Shown here in pieces: positions 32,198 to 42,327 of a stretch of DNA of 43,588 nucleotides; position 1 is the first letter of the stretch, and the number at the start of each line of letters is the position of its first letter. The notes under the pieces are model-generated. The model saw only the letters and a list, made by a program, of their open reading frames with translations. It was not told the origin of the DNA and ran no database searches. A program made the translations under genes and the position numbers. Origin of the DNA: a virus (Duplodnaviria; Caudoviricetes); IMG/VR virus record IMGVR_UViG_3300042807_000312, positions 1 through 43,588 of that record, one strand, 5' to 3'.

Positions 32198-35100
32198 CGT
32201 TCAATCACCCATGCGCTGGCTTCATCCCAGTCTGCAGCCACCAGCAGGATGCCCTGGGCATTGGTTGGCATGTGCACCGCCTCGATCTGGTAGGCGCCCT
32301 GATCGGATGGCGTGATCCGGCTGATCTGGTACGTGCGCACCTGCGTTGATACCTGCTTCACCGTGAACACGATGCCAGCTGGTGATCCGATGCCGCCACT
32401 GATTGACAAGGTGGCTGCATCGTTCACGTTGCCGCTGCCGCCCCAGCTGATCACGTTGTAAGTGCCATCCGCCAGCGTCGTCGTGCTCACCACAGTGCCA
32501 TCGCCCAGCACTACGCCATTGTTGAACTGGTCGTAGACCGTGGTGTCCATCGCCACGCGGATCAGATCGCCAGGCCCCACGCCGGTGCTAATGCCCTCAA
32601 GGCCGTCGTAGGTGGTGCGGAACCTGATCGTGTGATCCCGCAGCCGACGCATCCGCAGCGTGAACTTGGCAACATCAATCGCATGGTTCTCATTGGTGCA
32701 AAAGTCGCTCAGGTCGATTGCCTCCATCGGTAGCGCATCGCTGCCGTACGGCGCCGCCTCGCGCACCAGCACCTCACGCTCAAGCGGGAACAGGCCAGGA
32801 TTGGCAGGGTTGGTGCTGCTGCGTTCCTGCCGCCACTTCACGCTGATCCGCGCCGCCTGCCGTTGCTCTGGCGGGGTTGACTCAAACTGGAAGCTTCCAT
32901 CCTCAATGTTCCCGGCAGTGAACAGCGCACGATGCGTCACGGCGTCAAACGTGATGAACGGCACTAGGTCGTAGCGGCCATTCACCTCTCGAAAGTCCAT
33001 CAGCATCGCGCCAGCTGTGTCGGCGATCCATTGGCGGGGTGCTTCCTGGCTGATGATTACGCCACCATCAAAGAAGTATTTCCGGTCCTGGCACCACTGC
33101 GCTGCTGATGCAAAGTTGACAAGGTTGATCAGATCATCACTGATGCTGCCAGGCCCATACTTCGCGTTGGTTAGTCGATCCAATGCCAGATCAGGCAGCA
33201 GATGTGATGGGCCGGTTGCGAGATTGTTCAACAGTCGCCGCACCTCAGTGCCGCCAGTCACGTACGCTGACAGCTGGCTGAACTGCCGCCACTCATACGC
33301 TGACGTGGCATTCACGCCCAGCAGCGCAATCCCGCTGTACTGCGGCGCGGTGGCGTTCTGCACAATCTCATTAACGTAGACGATCTCATGCTCAGGTGAA
33401 TCTGTGCTGGCTTGAATCTCGTCATAGATGAAAAATTCAGCCAGCTTGCCCCATGCGTCGGCATAGTTGTTGTTACTGTCAGCATGCGGCAAACCCATAT
33501 TGGATCGCCTGGTTTGCCGCAACCTGAACGCCTGTTCATTGCGGCTGATTGTGCGACCGTTGAATGTAGCGCGCACCGTGCGCCCGCCAGCTGTAGACGT
33601 TACCGATTGCACCGTGCTCATGCGACTGTCAATCACATACAACGTGCTTGCAGTCACAAGGTTCCGCACCTCCCATCCAGTGAGTGGTTCAACAATCCAT
33701 TCCCATGAGTCAAGCGTTGGAAACTGCAGCCGCAGATAATTGAAAGATGCCTGCTGGTCAACGCCAACAAATCCAAACACCTGATCCAATGGTGTAAAAG
33801 CTGACTCCGACTGTTTGCGGTACAGCACACGCACAAACGAGTAGCGTTCACTAACGCCAATCAGCTGCCCGCTCTGATAGTTGTCAACCTTGAGCGTGTT
33901 GCCGCGGCGAATCGTGTCACCTTCGCGGTTCAGGCATGCCCTGCCATCGGCATCGGCAAACGACAACGCACCACGGAACCGCAGGATGCCATTCAACCGA
34001 ATGCCCAGCGTTGAGCGAATCCCCAGCTCAACGATTCGGCATTCGCGTGTGGTGGCGCCAGTGGCCACCGCAACACGCATGATATGCGGCCCGTTAGTGG
34101 CCGTCTGCCGGGTCGGTGTTTCCGTCAGACCGTTTTGATTCAGTATGGCCTCCGTGACCGTTGCAGCCGCACCAGGTCGCACGATCCTGAACGTAGCCTC
34201 GATCCCCTGGCCGCTGCCTGATGCCTCAAGCTCTGCGTCGCTGCGGAACACCGCATCCGATGGCGTGCGGCCGGTGCATACTGCCAGTGCTGAACCGATC
34301 TTGTAAAGCTCCCCCACGGCAATTGCGTCATCCCACGCCTGTTGCCGCGCAGCTACTGACGCAGCAGCATCGTCTGCAGACTCGCTATACAAATCAGATT
34401 CGGAATAGTCAAACGCCATCGAGGCGCGCAGACGGTTGGGACTGGTCAGCGTCTGCACAGGGCCAGAGCCATCTGCAACCTGCAGTTCAACATCAACCCG
34501 CGTCGTTAACGTACTCTCGTTGATGCCGGTGCCGATGCTGACCGATGCAGTCTCGTTGATAAAATCAACAGAGATCAAATCGCTGCTGTTGTTGCGGATA
34601 AACGTGCGGCTGTTGCGCACCCTCACGATGGCGACAAACTTGAGCTGAAGATCGATGTCTCGCGCAGTATTGCGAGCGGTGACCCAATACTTGATCTCAT
34701 ACCGCCCAACGGCAGAATTAACGTACAGATTGGCGATAGTGTCTACGTTGATCGTTGCATCAGCCGTTACCGTCTTGGCTGTAGTGTTCACGGTCGGGCT
34801 ACCAACCGTAACAGCGCCCTCCAATGCTGCCTGGGTGATAGCAGTGCTCACGCCAGGAATCACCTGATTGTAGGCCGGCTCCTGATATACATCTTCAAGG
34901 TTGCGCAGCTCGTGGTCTACTGTCCAGGTGTCGCCTTCTTCGACCACTGATTGGAAAATGGTCTCAAAGTCGCTACCTGGTAGCAGCTTGTACGTGACAA
35001 CATCATTAACGGCACCGAACGATCCGCTAGTGATACCAGATCGCGTTGAGAAGAAGGCGCGAAACTTGGCACGCTGCACTTGAGTTGTATCATCCAGATC

Positions 35101-35982
35101 GCACACCACCTCGGCGTCACCATCGTCCCCCTTTGGCTTGAGGCTGGCAGTCACACCAGGCCGCACCGTAGGATTCAGCTTGAATCCAAGGTTGTTGCCA
35201 ATCGGGCTATACACGCCGAATGTTGTCGACGTTGCGGGCTTCACTGCTGAGCAAAAATCAGGCGCCCAGTTGTTATCAACCGACTGCACCTGAAACACAT
35301 CGCCAGCGCCGGCATTGATTGCATTGCCTGCATCAGCAGTAGCAGTGCGGCCAACAATTCGATTGTTACTACCAATCCGCCCGCCATTGTCGCGGTAGTA
35401 AATCGTGATGCGGCTGCCGATCTCGTTTGCCTGGCTGCTGCCTAGGTCATACACGCCGATTGCGTTGTCGCCAATCGCAAAGCCCTGATTGTCAATACTC
35501 GAAACCCTGCCCTCCGCCAGCATGAACACTGCGCGAAGCATCTGGCTCCCGCCAAGGCTCCAGATTTGAGACCATAACAGCGTTGCATTCACGCGCACGC
35601 CGCCATAGGTCACGCCGTTGATCGTCTCACGATTGGCATAAACCACTGGTATCGGCTCGCCAATGCTGGCCACCGCCTGCACGGCATCAAAGCCAACCCG
35701 CGGGGCGAATGATTGCAGATTCGTTTGTGACTCTCCAGTGCGGTTGCGTGCCTTCAGCTGCGCAGGCTTGGCCTGGGTGACAGTTGGCGTCAACAGCGTG
35801 CCGATCAGCTGCAGGCCGACGGCAATCACGATCTGAATTGCAATGCTCACCGGATCAAGACCCGCCACCGCCGCCGGCTGCGGCGCACGCTGGGCACGAT
35901 CGCGCACCTCATCACGCCAATACTCAAACTGCTCATCGCTCAACCCGAGCAGCTCGGCTAGGTAGCGATCAGATGGCAGCAT
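32194..35982 (-). CDS. tail tip / host-specificity (gpJ-like) protein
   Basis: A.IGEPIPVVY, LLWSQ, FFDG, LFTAGNI..GSF, PGDLIRV, YQI..IT. Confidence 0.8.
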   Translation of the reverse strand: MLPSDRYLAELLGLSDEQFEYWRDEVRDRAQRAPQPAAVAGLDPVSIAIQIVIAVGLQLIGTLLTPTVTQAKPAQLKARNRTGESQTNLQSFAPRVGFDAVQAVASIGEPIPVVYANRETINGVTYGGVRVNATLLWSQIWSLGGSQMLRAVFMLAEGRVSSIDNQGFAIGDNAIGVYDLGSSQANEIGSRITIYYRDNGGRIGSNNRIVGRTATADAGNAINAGAGDVFQVQSVDNNWAPDFCSAVKPATSTTFGVYSPIGNNLGFKLNPTVRPGVTASLKPKGDDGDAEVVCDLDDTTQVQRAKFRAFFSTRSGITSGSFGAVNDVVTYKLLPGSDFETIFQSVVEEGDTWTVDHELRNLEDVYQEPAYNQVIPGVSTAITQAALEGAVTVGSPTVNTTAKTVTADATINVDTIANLYVNSAVGRYEIKYWVTARNTARDIDLQLKFVAIVRVRNSRTFIRNNSSDLISVDFINETASVSIGTGINESTLTTRVDVELQVADGSGPVQTLTSPNRLRASMAFDYSESDLYSESADDAAASVAARQQAWDDAIAVGELYKIGSALAVCTGRTPSDAVFRSDAELEASGSGQGIEATFRIVRPGAAATVTEAILNQNGLTETPTRQTATNGPHIMRVAVATGATTRECRIVELGIRSTLGIRLNGILRFRGALSFADADGRACLNREGDTIRRGNTLKVDNYQSGQLIGVSERYSFVRVLYRKQSESAFTPLDQVFGFVGVDQQASFNYLRLQFPTLDSWEWIVEPLTGWEVRNLVTASTLYVIDSRMSTVQSVTSTAGGRTVRATFNGRTISRNEQAFRLRQTRRSNMGLPHADSNNNYADAWGKLAEFFIYDEIQASTDSPEHEIVYVNEIVQNATAPQYSGIALLGVNATSAYEWRQFSQLSAYVTGGTEVRRLLNNLATGPSHLLPDLALDRLTNAKYGPGSISDDLINLVNFASAAQWCQDRKYFFDGGVIISQEAPRQWIADTAGAMLMDFREVNGRYDLVPFITFDAVTHRALFTAGNIEDGSFQFESTPPEQRQAARISVKWRQERSSTNPANPGLFPLEREVLVREAAPYGSDALPMEAIDLSDFCTNENHAIDVAKFTLRMRRLRDHTIRFRTTYDGLEGISTGVGPGDLIRVAMDTTVYDQFNNGVVLGDGTVVSTTTLADGTYNVISWGGSGNVNDAATLSISGGIGSPAGIVFTVKQVSTQVRTYQISRITPSDQGAYQIEAVHMPTNAQGILLVAADWDEASAWVIER

Positions 35983-36367
35983 CCCGCGGTCTCCAATACT
36001 CCAGTCTCATCACCCGTTGCGCAGCGCTGAACGGCAGCCACTGCACACCACGGCGATGATTCACAGTCAACACACCACCGTCAACGACGATGCCGATCCC
36101 CATGCCAGCAGCATGGCGGTGGAGCAGCAATGCGCACGGCTCAAGGTGGCATGGTTCCATTGTGCGGCGCCACTCGCGCTCAAGTTGATCCCACTGCCCT
36201 GCCGCCGCCATCGTGAACCACTGCGGGTCCAGTGGTGGCATCGATAGCCCAGCAGCAGTTCGCACCTTATGCACCATCACCAAACAGTCAACACCGATGC
36301 CGTCATCTGGATCAGCACCGATCACATGCGGCAGGCCAGCATCAATCCAGCGGATGTAGTCGATCAC
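35969..36367 (-). CDS. tail assembly protein, NlpC/P60 (gpK)-like
   Basis: GLPHVIGADP..G.GVDCL; GTGA overlap at 36364-36367. Confidence 0.7.
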   Translation of the reverse strand: MIDYIRWIDAGLPHVIGADPDDGIGVDCLVMVHKVRTAAGLSMPPLDPQWFTMAAAGQWDQLEREWRRTMEPCHLEPCALLLHRHAAGMGIGIVVDGGVLTVNHRRGVQWLPFSAAQRVMRLEYWRPRDAAI

Positions 36368-36831
36368 TGCAGAGTCAGTGTGCCGCTGGTTGGCAGCGCA
36401 CCCACCAGCGACTGATTCAGCACCCGGCCGCCTGGTGCCTTCACCGCATCCAAGGGGCTGGCCAGCTGCAGTGTCACGAACGCATCGTTGGTGCTGTGCT
36501 GCACCTGCTGCGACGACCAATACTCGACCACCAACAGTTGGCCGGGTTGCAGCGTTGCGCGGTTCACCTTCACGGATCGCACCTCCAGCAACCACTCCTC
36601 AGCAGCAGCTTCAGCGAAGACATTCATGCTCAGAGCAGAGATGCCGGCACCCAAGGCGGCCTCCGATCGATCACCACCTCTGGTGCTGCTGTTCGTGGCA
36701 ACAGCAATCGGCAGATACGGATACTGCAGACCGTTATGCGTGATCACCTGATCAATAAAGAAGTTCTGCGCCGCCCAGCTGGTGTAGGTGCCATTGCGGC
36801 GCTTGAATCGCATGAAACTGCAGACTTCCAT
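36364..36831 (-). CDS. minor tail (gpL-like) protein
   Basis: QNFF...Y.YLP...L.LASPLDAV..P.R.L...LVGALP; directly after tape measure. Confidence 0.7.
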   Translation of the reverse strand: MEVCSFMRFKRRNGTYTSWAAQNFFIDQVITHNGLQYPYLPIAVATNSSTRGGDRSEAALGAGISALSMNVFAEAAAEEWLLEVRSVKVNRATLQPGQLLVVEYWSSQQVQHSTNDAFVTLQLASPLDAVKAPGGRVLNQSLVGALPTSGTLTLQ

Positions 36832-39800
36832 CAGCTCATCCCCACTGCGCGGCGCGCTGTTGGATTGTTGATCAATCGTTTCTGCGCGAGCTCAGCACCA
36901 CGTTGCGCCGACTCGCGGCCGATGCGCTGCGCCTCCTCCCGGGTGACCACATCAAGATCGCCAACGCGAATAGTCTCAAAGCGCACGTCGATGATGGCGC
37001 CGTTTGCGACGCGATCACCAGCAGCGCCGCCGGTGGTGTCGCGCTGGAATGGCACCGTGAGGCCCTCCATGCCGCGCTGAAACGGCACCGCCAGGTCATT
37101 GTCGCCACGGGTGGTCACGTCACGCTGGAACGGCACTGCCAGCGCCTGCAGACTGGCATTGTTGAGTGCCTCCAGCGCCTCGGTGGCCTCAGCCGGGATG
37201 ATGGTGCCGGATTGATACGGCACGAACAGTTCAGGGCCACGCTCACCGACCTTGTACGGCTGGCCGGCCATGGTGGGGCCACCGACTGCGCGACCGACCA
37301 TTGCGCCTGGGTTGAAGCTGAACGCAGAGGCGGATCCTGGTGCCTGGAATGGACCGGTCGTGCTCGGCTGAAACGACGTTCCTAAAGCGCTGGAAGTAAA
37401 GCCGGCAAACATCCTGGCGATGCCAATTGCGATGTACTGCGCAATCATCTTTTTTGCTGCATCCAGCAATGCACTAGCAACGCCGTTTAGGAAGTCCACA
37501 AAGACCTCCTTGGCTGACTTGGCACCAGTCACAACCTCTGCCAATCCACGTGTCGCCAGGTCGGCGGCAGCATCAGCAGCGCCACCAATTGCCGGGTACT
37601 TCTCTAGGATTTCATCCAACACTACGCGTTGCTGCTCCAGCTGGTTGTATGCAGTTGGCATTGCGACCTGATCCATGAACTCCTTAAACAGGCGAGTCCG
37701 TTCCTCATAGACCTTGTTGAGATCCTGCTCAGTCTTCAGTTGAAGATTTGCTAGTGCATGACGTTCTTCCGCCTCAAGTCGCGCAGTCTGCTCTTGCAGG
37801 CTGTTCTCAATGCCAAGCCTCTGCGCTTCCTTGTCGAGGTCTAATGCCTCTGCCTTAAGCTGCCGATACTGCTCTTTGATGTTGTTGGCTTCATAGGCAT
37901 TTTCAATCTGGATGCGTTCTTCATCAGAGGCTGCCTTGAGCAGTTCAGTTTCCTTGTTCAGCTGAACAACCGAATCAGTGCGCGCCTTGATTGACTCTTG
38001 GATTTTTTCAGTAAGCTGATCCTGCGCCTGCTTGAGTTTCTCGGCGGCTTGTTGTTGTTCGTCAATAAAACTGACCACGCCACTTGCGCCTTCAAGGTCG
38101 CGTAGTAAACCAGCGGTGATCTGAGGATTGGTGCCAAGTTGACGCCCTGGGCCATGAAAGAAGTTCTGGCCTTGGGCGCGGAGAAAGTCGCCTGACATCA
38201 TGTTGCCGTATTGGCTGATGCCTTTGAAATACAACCTGCTGTTAACGTCCTGCACTGACTGCGAAAGCAGTTCAGGATTCAGCAGTTCAGCCTTTACCTG
38301 CTCAAATCGTGAGCGACCATATAGGTTGGGGTTGACAACCTGCGCACGACTGCGCCCAAAGTTGGGCGCATACTGCCCCGGTTGGGTGACAACATCAACC
38401 AGGTTGGACGGGAACTGCCCCGACCTGGACCGCGCTAGGATATTGGCAAACACATCAGTACGGCCACGGGGATCCGGGCCGCCATACTCACCGATTGCTG
38501 TGTTGACCGCTGCAGCAATCTCGGCATCAGTAAGGCGGAGCAGCTCCTTTACGCCTTTGGCCGCCGCCGCGCCAGCCTCCTTAGCCCCACCACCTCCAGC
38601 CGGAGCGGGCGCGCTAGGGGGCGGTGCACCTGTGATCTGCTGCGCACGGGCGAACGCCGCATCGCGGGCACCGGAAAAGCGAGACACGTACGCACTTGAT
38701 GCCTGATTCCTGCGCGTCACCGCAGCGCTCGGCGTGTAGGTCAGTCCCCGGCGCTCGGCCATCGCCTTGGCCGCGGCCTCTGCATCCTGCACACCCACCA
38801 GCCCGGTGAGCAACTCGTCAAGGCCCTCAATCGCAAACTTCACGCCGACCGTGATCAGGCCGATCTTGCCCAGCGTGCCCAGCACCGTCAGCAGTCGGCC
38901 GGCGCTGGTGGCTGCGGCGGTTGACGCGGTGGCGGATGCGGTTGCCGAGGCTGTGTATGCGTTCAGGGCTGCAGTGGCGGCACGAATCCCACCAATGGCG
39001 TTCATCGCCGTGGTCAGGCTCACGACGGCCACACCAGTCGCCGCTGCTGCCACGCCCACGTTGCGCACCGGCTCGGGGAGCTTGTTGACTTCCTGCAGCA
39101 GCTGGGTTGCCGCCCTGGCCATCGCCAGCGCCGTGGGCAGCAGCGCCTCTCCGATCTCAATCTGCAACTCCTGCCCCGCAATCTGCAGGTTGCGGAACTG
39201 CTGCGCCGGGCCTTTCATCGCCTCAGCCAGCTTGGGGGCGCCGTTGCGCTCAATCCGCCCGAGAGCGGTCAGCACGATGTCGCCGGTGATCCTGCCCTCT
39301 TTCGCAAGCTCGCGGATCTGGCCGATCGGCACGCCCATCACCTCGGCGATGCCCTGCACCACCGCCGGGGTCTGCTCAAACACGCTGTTCAGTTCTTCGC
39401 CGCGCAGGACGCCGGTGCCGAGTGCTTGGCTCAGCTGCAGAAACGCTGCGCTGGCCTCAGCCGACGTGGTGCCGCTCAGTTTGGCCGCCGTGTTGAATCC
39501 GTTGTAGACGGTGCTGATCTCCTCCAGCGTCAGCCCGATTGGCCGCAATCTGGCGTAGATCTGGGCAAACTCCTGATTGGTCTGCGTTTGCGCAGTGCCG
39601 AACTTCTGCGCGGCTGCAGTGGCCGTGGCCTGCACCCGGCTGTAATCGTCGAGGCCCTGCGACAGCGACCTCAGCCGCCGCTCTGATTCCTCACTCGCCA
39701 CCACTGCGCTGAGTGATCCGCCGATAGCCCTGCCAGCGCCGATGGTGGCCAAGCTGCTGGCAAGACCTGCTGCCAGCCTGCGGCCCAGTGAATCGCCGGC

Positions 39801-40124
39801 AGCCGTCGCCGTCCCATCCAGCCCGCGCAGCTTCCCTTCGAGCTTCTGGATCTCCGCGCCATACCGCTGAAACTCCCTGCTGCCGATCTTGGCCTGTTCC
39901 TGAAGGCCGCGAAATGCGCCGATGCTGCTGCGGATGCCGGCGATCGTGTTGTCATTGGCGCGGGCGAACTGGAACGTGGCCGCCCGCAGGGTGCCCATTT
40001 CCCGCGCTGTGGTCTGGCTGCCCTTGGCCAGATCCTGCAGCGACTTTTTCACCCGGTCGATGTTGCCGCCGCCCTTCACCTCGGCCGACAGCTTGATAGC
40101 AGTCTCCAGGCTCATCCGGGCCAT
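36831..40124 (-). CDS. tail tape measure protein with internal SleB-like hydrolase domain
   Basis: QLSQALGTGVLRGEELNSVFEQ tape-measure domain; RAVGGP...YKVGERGPELFVP C-terminal motif. Confidence 0.92.
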   Translation of the reverse strand: MARMSLETAIKLSAEVKGGGNIDRVKKSLQDLAKGSQTTAREMGTLRAATFQFARANDNTIAGIRSSIGAFRGLQEQAKIGSREFQRYGAEIQKLEGKLRGLDGTATAAGDSLGRRLAAGLASSLATIGAGRAIGGSLSAVVASEESERRLRSLSQGLDDYSRVQATATAAAQKFGTAQTQTNQEFAQIYARLRPIGLTLEEISTVYNGFNTAAKLSGTTSAEASAAFLQLSQALGTGVLRGEELNSVFEQTPAVVQGIAEVMGVPIGQIRELAKEGRITGDIVLTALGRIERNGAPKLAEAMKGPAQQFRNLQIAGQELQIEIGEALLPTALAMARAATQLLQEVNKLPEPVRNVGVAAAATGVAVVSLTTAMNAIGGIRAATAALNAYTASATASATASTAAATSAGRLLTVLGTLGKIGLITVGVKFAIEGLDELLTGLVGVQDAEAAAKAMAERRGLTYTPSAAVTRRNQASSAYVSRFSGARDAAFARAQQITGAPPPSAPAPAGGGGAKEAGAAAAKGVKELLRLTDAEIAAAVNTAIGEYGGPDPRGRTDVFANILARSRSGQFPSNLVDVVTQPGQYAPNFGRSRAQVVNPNLYGRSRFEQVKAELLNPELLSQSVQDVNSRLYFKGISQYGNMMSGDFLRAQGQNFFHGPGRQLGTNPQITAGLLRDLEGASGVVSFIDEQQQAAEKLKQAQDQLTEKIQESIKARTDSVVQLNKETELLKAASDEERIQIENAYEANNIKEQYRQLKAEALDLDKEAQRLGIENSLQEQTARLEAEERHALANLQLKTEQDLNKVYEERTRLFKEFMDQVAMPTAYNQLEQQRVVLDEILEKYPAIGGAADAAADLATRGLAEVVTGAKSAKEVFVDFLNGVASALLDAAKKMIAQYIAIGIARMFAGFTSSALGTSFQPSTTGPFQAPGSASAFSFNPGAMVGRAVGGPTMAGQPYKVGERGPELFVPYQSGTIIPAEATEALEALNNASLQALAVPFQRDVTTRGDNDLAVPFQRGMEGLTVPFQRDTTGGAAGDRVANGAIIDVRFETIRVGDLDVVTREEAQRIGRESAQRGAELAQKRLINNPTARRAVGMS

Positions 40125-40155
40125 TGATTATCCGATCGCCAGTCCTAGCGTCAGG

Positions 40156-40503
40156 CTACTGATCCGCCCGCATCACCCCCAGAAACTCCCGCTCCACCAG
40201 CCGCAGATCCTCCAACAGCCACAACCGGTCATGACGCTTCACACCCTCATCCTTGGCCCACAGGAAAAACACCTGGTAGTCAAGTCCTACGGGCCCATTC
40301 ATTCCCATCCGCCACTGGGTCTGCAACTTCATAAACCACCCGATCGCCTCGACGTTCTCCGCCAGCAGGCCGAACGTCTCTGGCCGCTGCTCCACCTCAG
40401 GCACCGCCAGGCCGAACACCGCTGCAGCATCAGCCGCATCCTTGCCGTTGTCAGCTGGGTCGCCCTTCGCGGCAGCGGCGAGGAACCGCGCCGCGTCGAT
40501 CAG
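40156..40503 (-). CDS. tail assembly chaperone, post-frameshift (gpT/DUF1799-like) segment
   Basis: ENVEAIGWFMKLQTQWR.G..G.VGLDY; open in the -1 frame from 40503. Confidence 0.8.
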   Translation of the reverse strand: MIDAARFLAAAAKGDPADNGKDAADAAAVFGLAVPEVEQRPETFGLLAENVEAIGWFMKLQTQWRMGMNGPVGLDYQVFFLWAKDEGVKRHDRLWLLEDLRLVEREFLGVMRADQ

Positions 40504-40955
40504 TTTTTTGACCGGAATCCTCCGGCTTTCGCAGCGGCCTTCTCAGAGGGCTGACCCAGGCTCTCCAGCCATGCCTTGAAGATCGCAGCAGCAGCGCCCT
40601 GCACCCGGTAGAGCTGGGCCTTGGTGGCGTCACTGAACTCGATCGGCTCGCCATCCTTGTCCACCACCTCATCACCCCAGCCGCAGAGCACCTCATCGGC
40701 CAGGTCCTGATAGGTGCAGGGCAGCGGGTCGCTCAGCGAGGACTCTTCATCCTTGGCGTAGCCCTGCAGCGCCTCGATGCGCTTGCGCATCGCCACCAGC
40801 ATCTGATTGTGCTGATCCTGCAGCGCCTGCGCGTCCTGCTCATCCAGCACGCTGAAATGAGCGGTGAACTTGTAAGGCTTTTTGACTCCACCTTTGGCCG
40901 GCAGGTCAACACTCACCGGCCACTCGATGTAGTCGGGCTGGAACAGGTGGAACAT
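40500..40955 (-). CDS. tail assembly chaperone (gpG-like)
   Basis: WPV.V..P..GG, L.GW..V.D.DG.PI.FS, ends RSKN; between tube and tape measure. Confidence 0.85.
   Translation of the reverse strand: MFHLFQPDYIEWPVSVDLPAKGGVKKPYKFTAHFSVLDEQDAQALQDQHNQMLVAMRKRIEALQGYAKDEESSLSDPLPCTYQDLADEVLCGWGDEVVDKDGEPIEFSDATKAQLYRVQGAAAAIFKAWLESLGQPSEKAAAKAGGFRSKN
40503..40509 (-). other. -1 programmed ribosomal frameshift slippery site A AAA AAC
   Basis: TCA AAA AAC TGA; the -1 frame reads LIDAARFLAAAAKG...VFGL into the downstream ORF. Confidence 0.85.
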
Positions 40956-40961
40956 GGCGAA

Positions 40962-42149
40962 TCAGAAGAAGATCAGGCGGGTTTCGTCGTTCTGGGTCTT
41001 GGGCAGTGCGGTGAACGGGATCTGCAGCATGTCGTTTCCGTCCGAATCGCTGAAGCTCAGGTCACCGCTGATGGCGCACTTCGGCGCAAAGAAGATCGAG
41101 CTCTGCGTTGCAACCGTACCTTGCTGCACAACAAACGGACCATCACTGGCGCCGCTGTTGTCAGCGGCAGCAGTGAAGTAATCTTTCGTTGCGACAGGCG
41201 GGTTTTCGATCGTCAGCGTGCCGTTCGGGTTCGGACGATCGTTGATGCGGGCTTGAGGCTCGCAGTTGATCAGCGAACGGAACGACGTGGTAAGCCCCCA
41301 GTCGAACGTAAAGCCCTCCGTGCAGGGACCGTAACCCTGGAACCGGAGCGCCTTGGTGTGGCGCGGGGTGACGGGCACCGGCTCAGCCTGGTTGCCGTAG
41401 GTGAAGCTCTCAGTGCTCTTGGCAGTCGGGGTGACGTACTTGCCGATGCCGGTGATCGTAAACGTGCCGTAGCCGTTTAGCGGGCTGTTGATCGCCGGGC
41501 TGCCACGGAAGCCCTCGATGCGATGCACGTTCTGATCTTTCACCGCCACCAATGTGCAGCTGGAGCCATTGCCAAACGTGCTGATCGGCTGATACAGCGA
41601 CAGTGCAGGGATCTTGTAGGTGCTGTCGCTGCCAGCCGTGAATGCTGCAGTGGATGGCACCACCGTAACCTCGCGTGTGGTGCCGTTGTGCGCCACAATC
41701 ACCCCCTTGTGAGTGTTACCCGTACCACTGGTGATCTCGATCGGGAAACCAACGTAGGCATCACTGGCCGGGTTGCTGCCGCCCAGGTCCGCCAGTGTGA
41801 TGGTGTTGGCGCCACCTGCAGTGGCTGTGCCGGTGATCTCCGCAACGCTTGCCAGGTTCATGCCGGCAGCCAGCAGCAGCGGCGAGAAACGCGGCGCGGT
41901 AGCAGCAACACCAGAGCCGCCCCACTCAAAGGTGATCGTGACCGCAACATGCTCATTAGTGAGCGGTTGACGGTCAGCACCAAGGAATCCCTTGATCAGG
42001 TTGCGTTCAACGCGATTACCGGTGATGGGGTTGACATCCATTGAGATGAATTTGACCGCATCAGATGCACCGATCGCAGATGCGAGCGTGCCGTATGCAG
42101 TTTCCGTCTTGGCCAGCAGGAAGCTGTTGCGGATCAGGAGAGCAGTCAT
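40962..42149 (-). CDS. major tail tube protein with inserted domain
   Basis: LLAKTET.YG N-terminus, PLL.AAG, G.RG, I.DR.P.G.LTIE.P, LPK...NDE..L.F C-terminus. Confidence 0.85.
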   Translation of the reverse strand: MTALLIRNSFLLAKTETAYGTLASAIGASDAVKFISMDVNPITGNRVERNLIKGFLGADRQPLTNEHVAVTITFEWGGSGVAATAPRFSPLLLAAGMNLASVAEITGTATAGGANTITLADLGGSNPASDAYVGFPIEITSGTGNTHKGVIVAHNGTTREVTVVPSTAAFTAGSDSTYKIPALSLYQPISTFGNGSSCTLVAVKDQNVHRIEGFRGSPAINSPLNGYGTFTITGIGKYVTPTAKSTESFTYGNQAEPVPVTPRHTKALRFQGYGPCTEGFTFDWGLTTSFRSLINCEPQARINDRPNPNGTLTIENPPVATKDYFTAAADNSGASDGPFVVQQGTVATQSSIFFAPKCAISGDLSFSDSDGNDMLQIPFTALPKTQNDETRLIFF

Positions 42150-42298
42150 CAGTCCTTGGTGGCAGTCTTGACAGGCTTGGCGGGCTCAGCAGGTTCAACA
42201 GGTGCGATGGCCTCAGTAGCGGGCACCATCTGACCGCTGGGCAGCATCACGTATTCACCGGACTGGCCGTGATGCTCAAACGATGAATCTGCCGCCAT
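42149..42298 (-). CDS. small hypothetical protein (49 aa) upstream of tail tube
   Basis: Read manually: MAADSSFEHHGQSGEYVMLPSGQMVPATEAIAPVEPAEPAKPVKTATKD; TGATG overlap. Confidence 0.65.
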   Translation of the reverse strand: MAADSSFEHHGQSGEYVMLPSGQMVPATEAIAPVEPAEPAKPVKTATKD

Positions 42299-42327
42299 GG
42301 GATGGGGTGAGCTTCCGCACCATCAGG

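Noticed and set aside
25588-35982. Diversity-generating retroelement acting on tail genes
   Set aside because: No reverse transcriptase and no TR/VR repeat pair seen by eye; a self-alignment would be needed to exclude it fully
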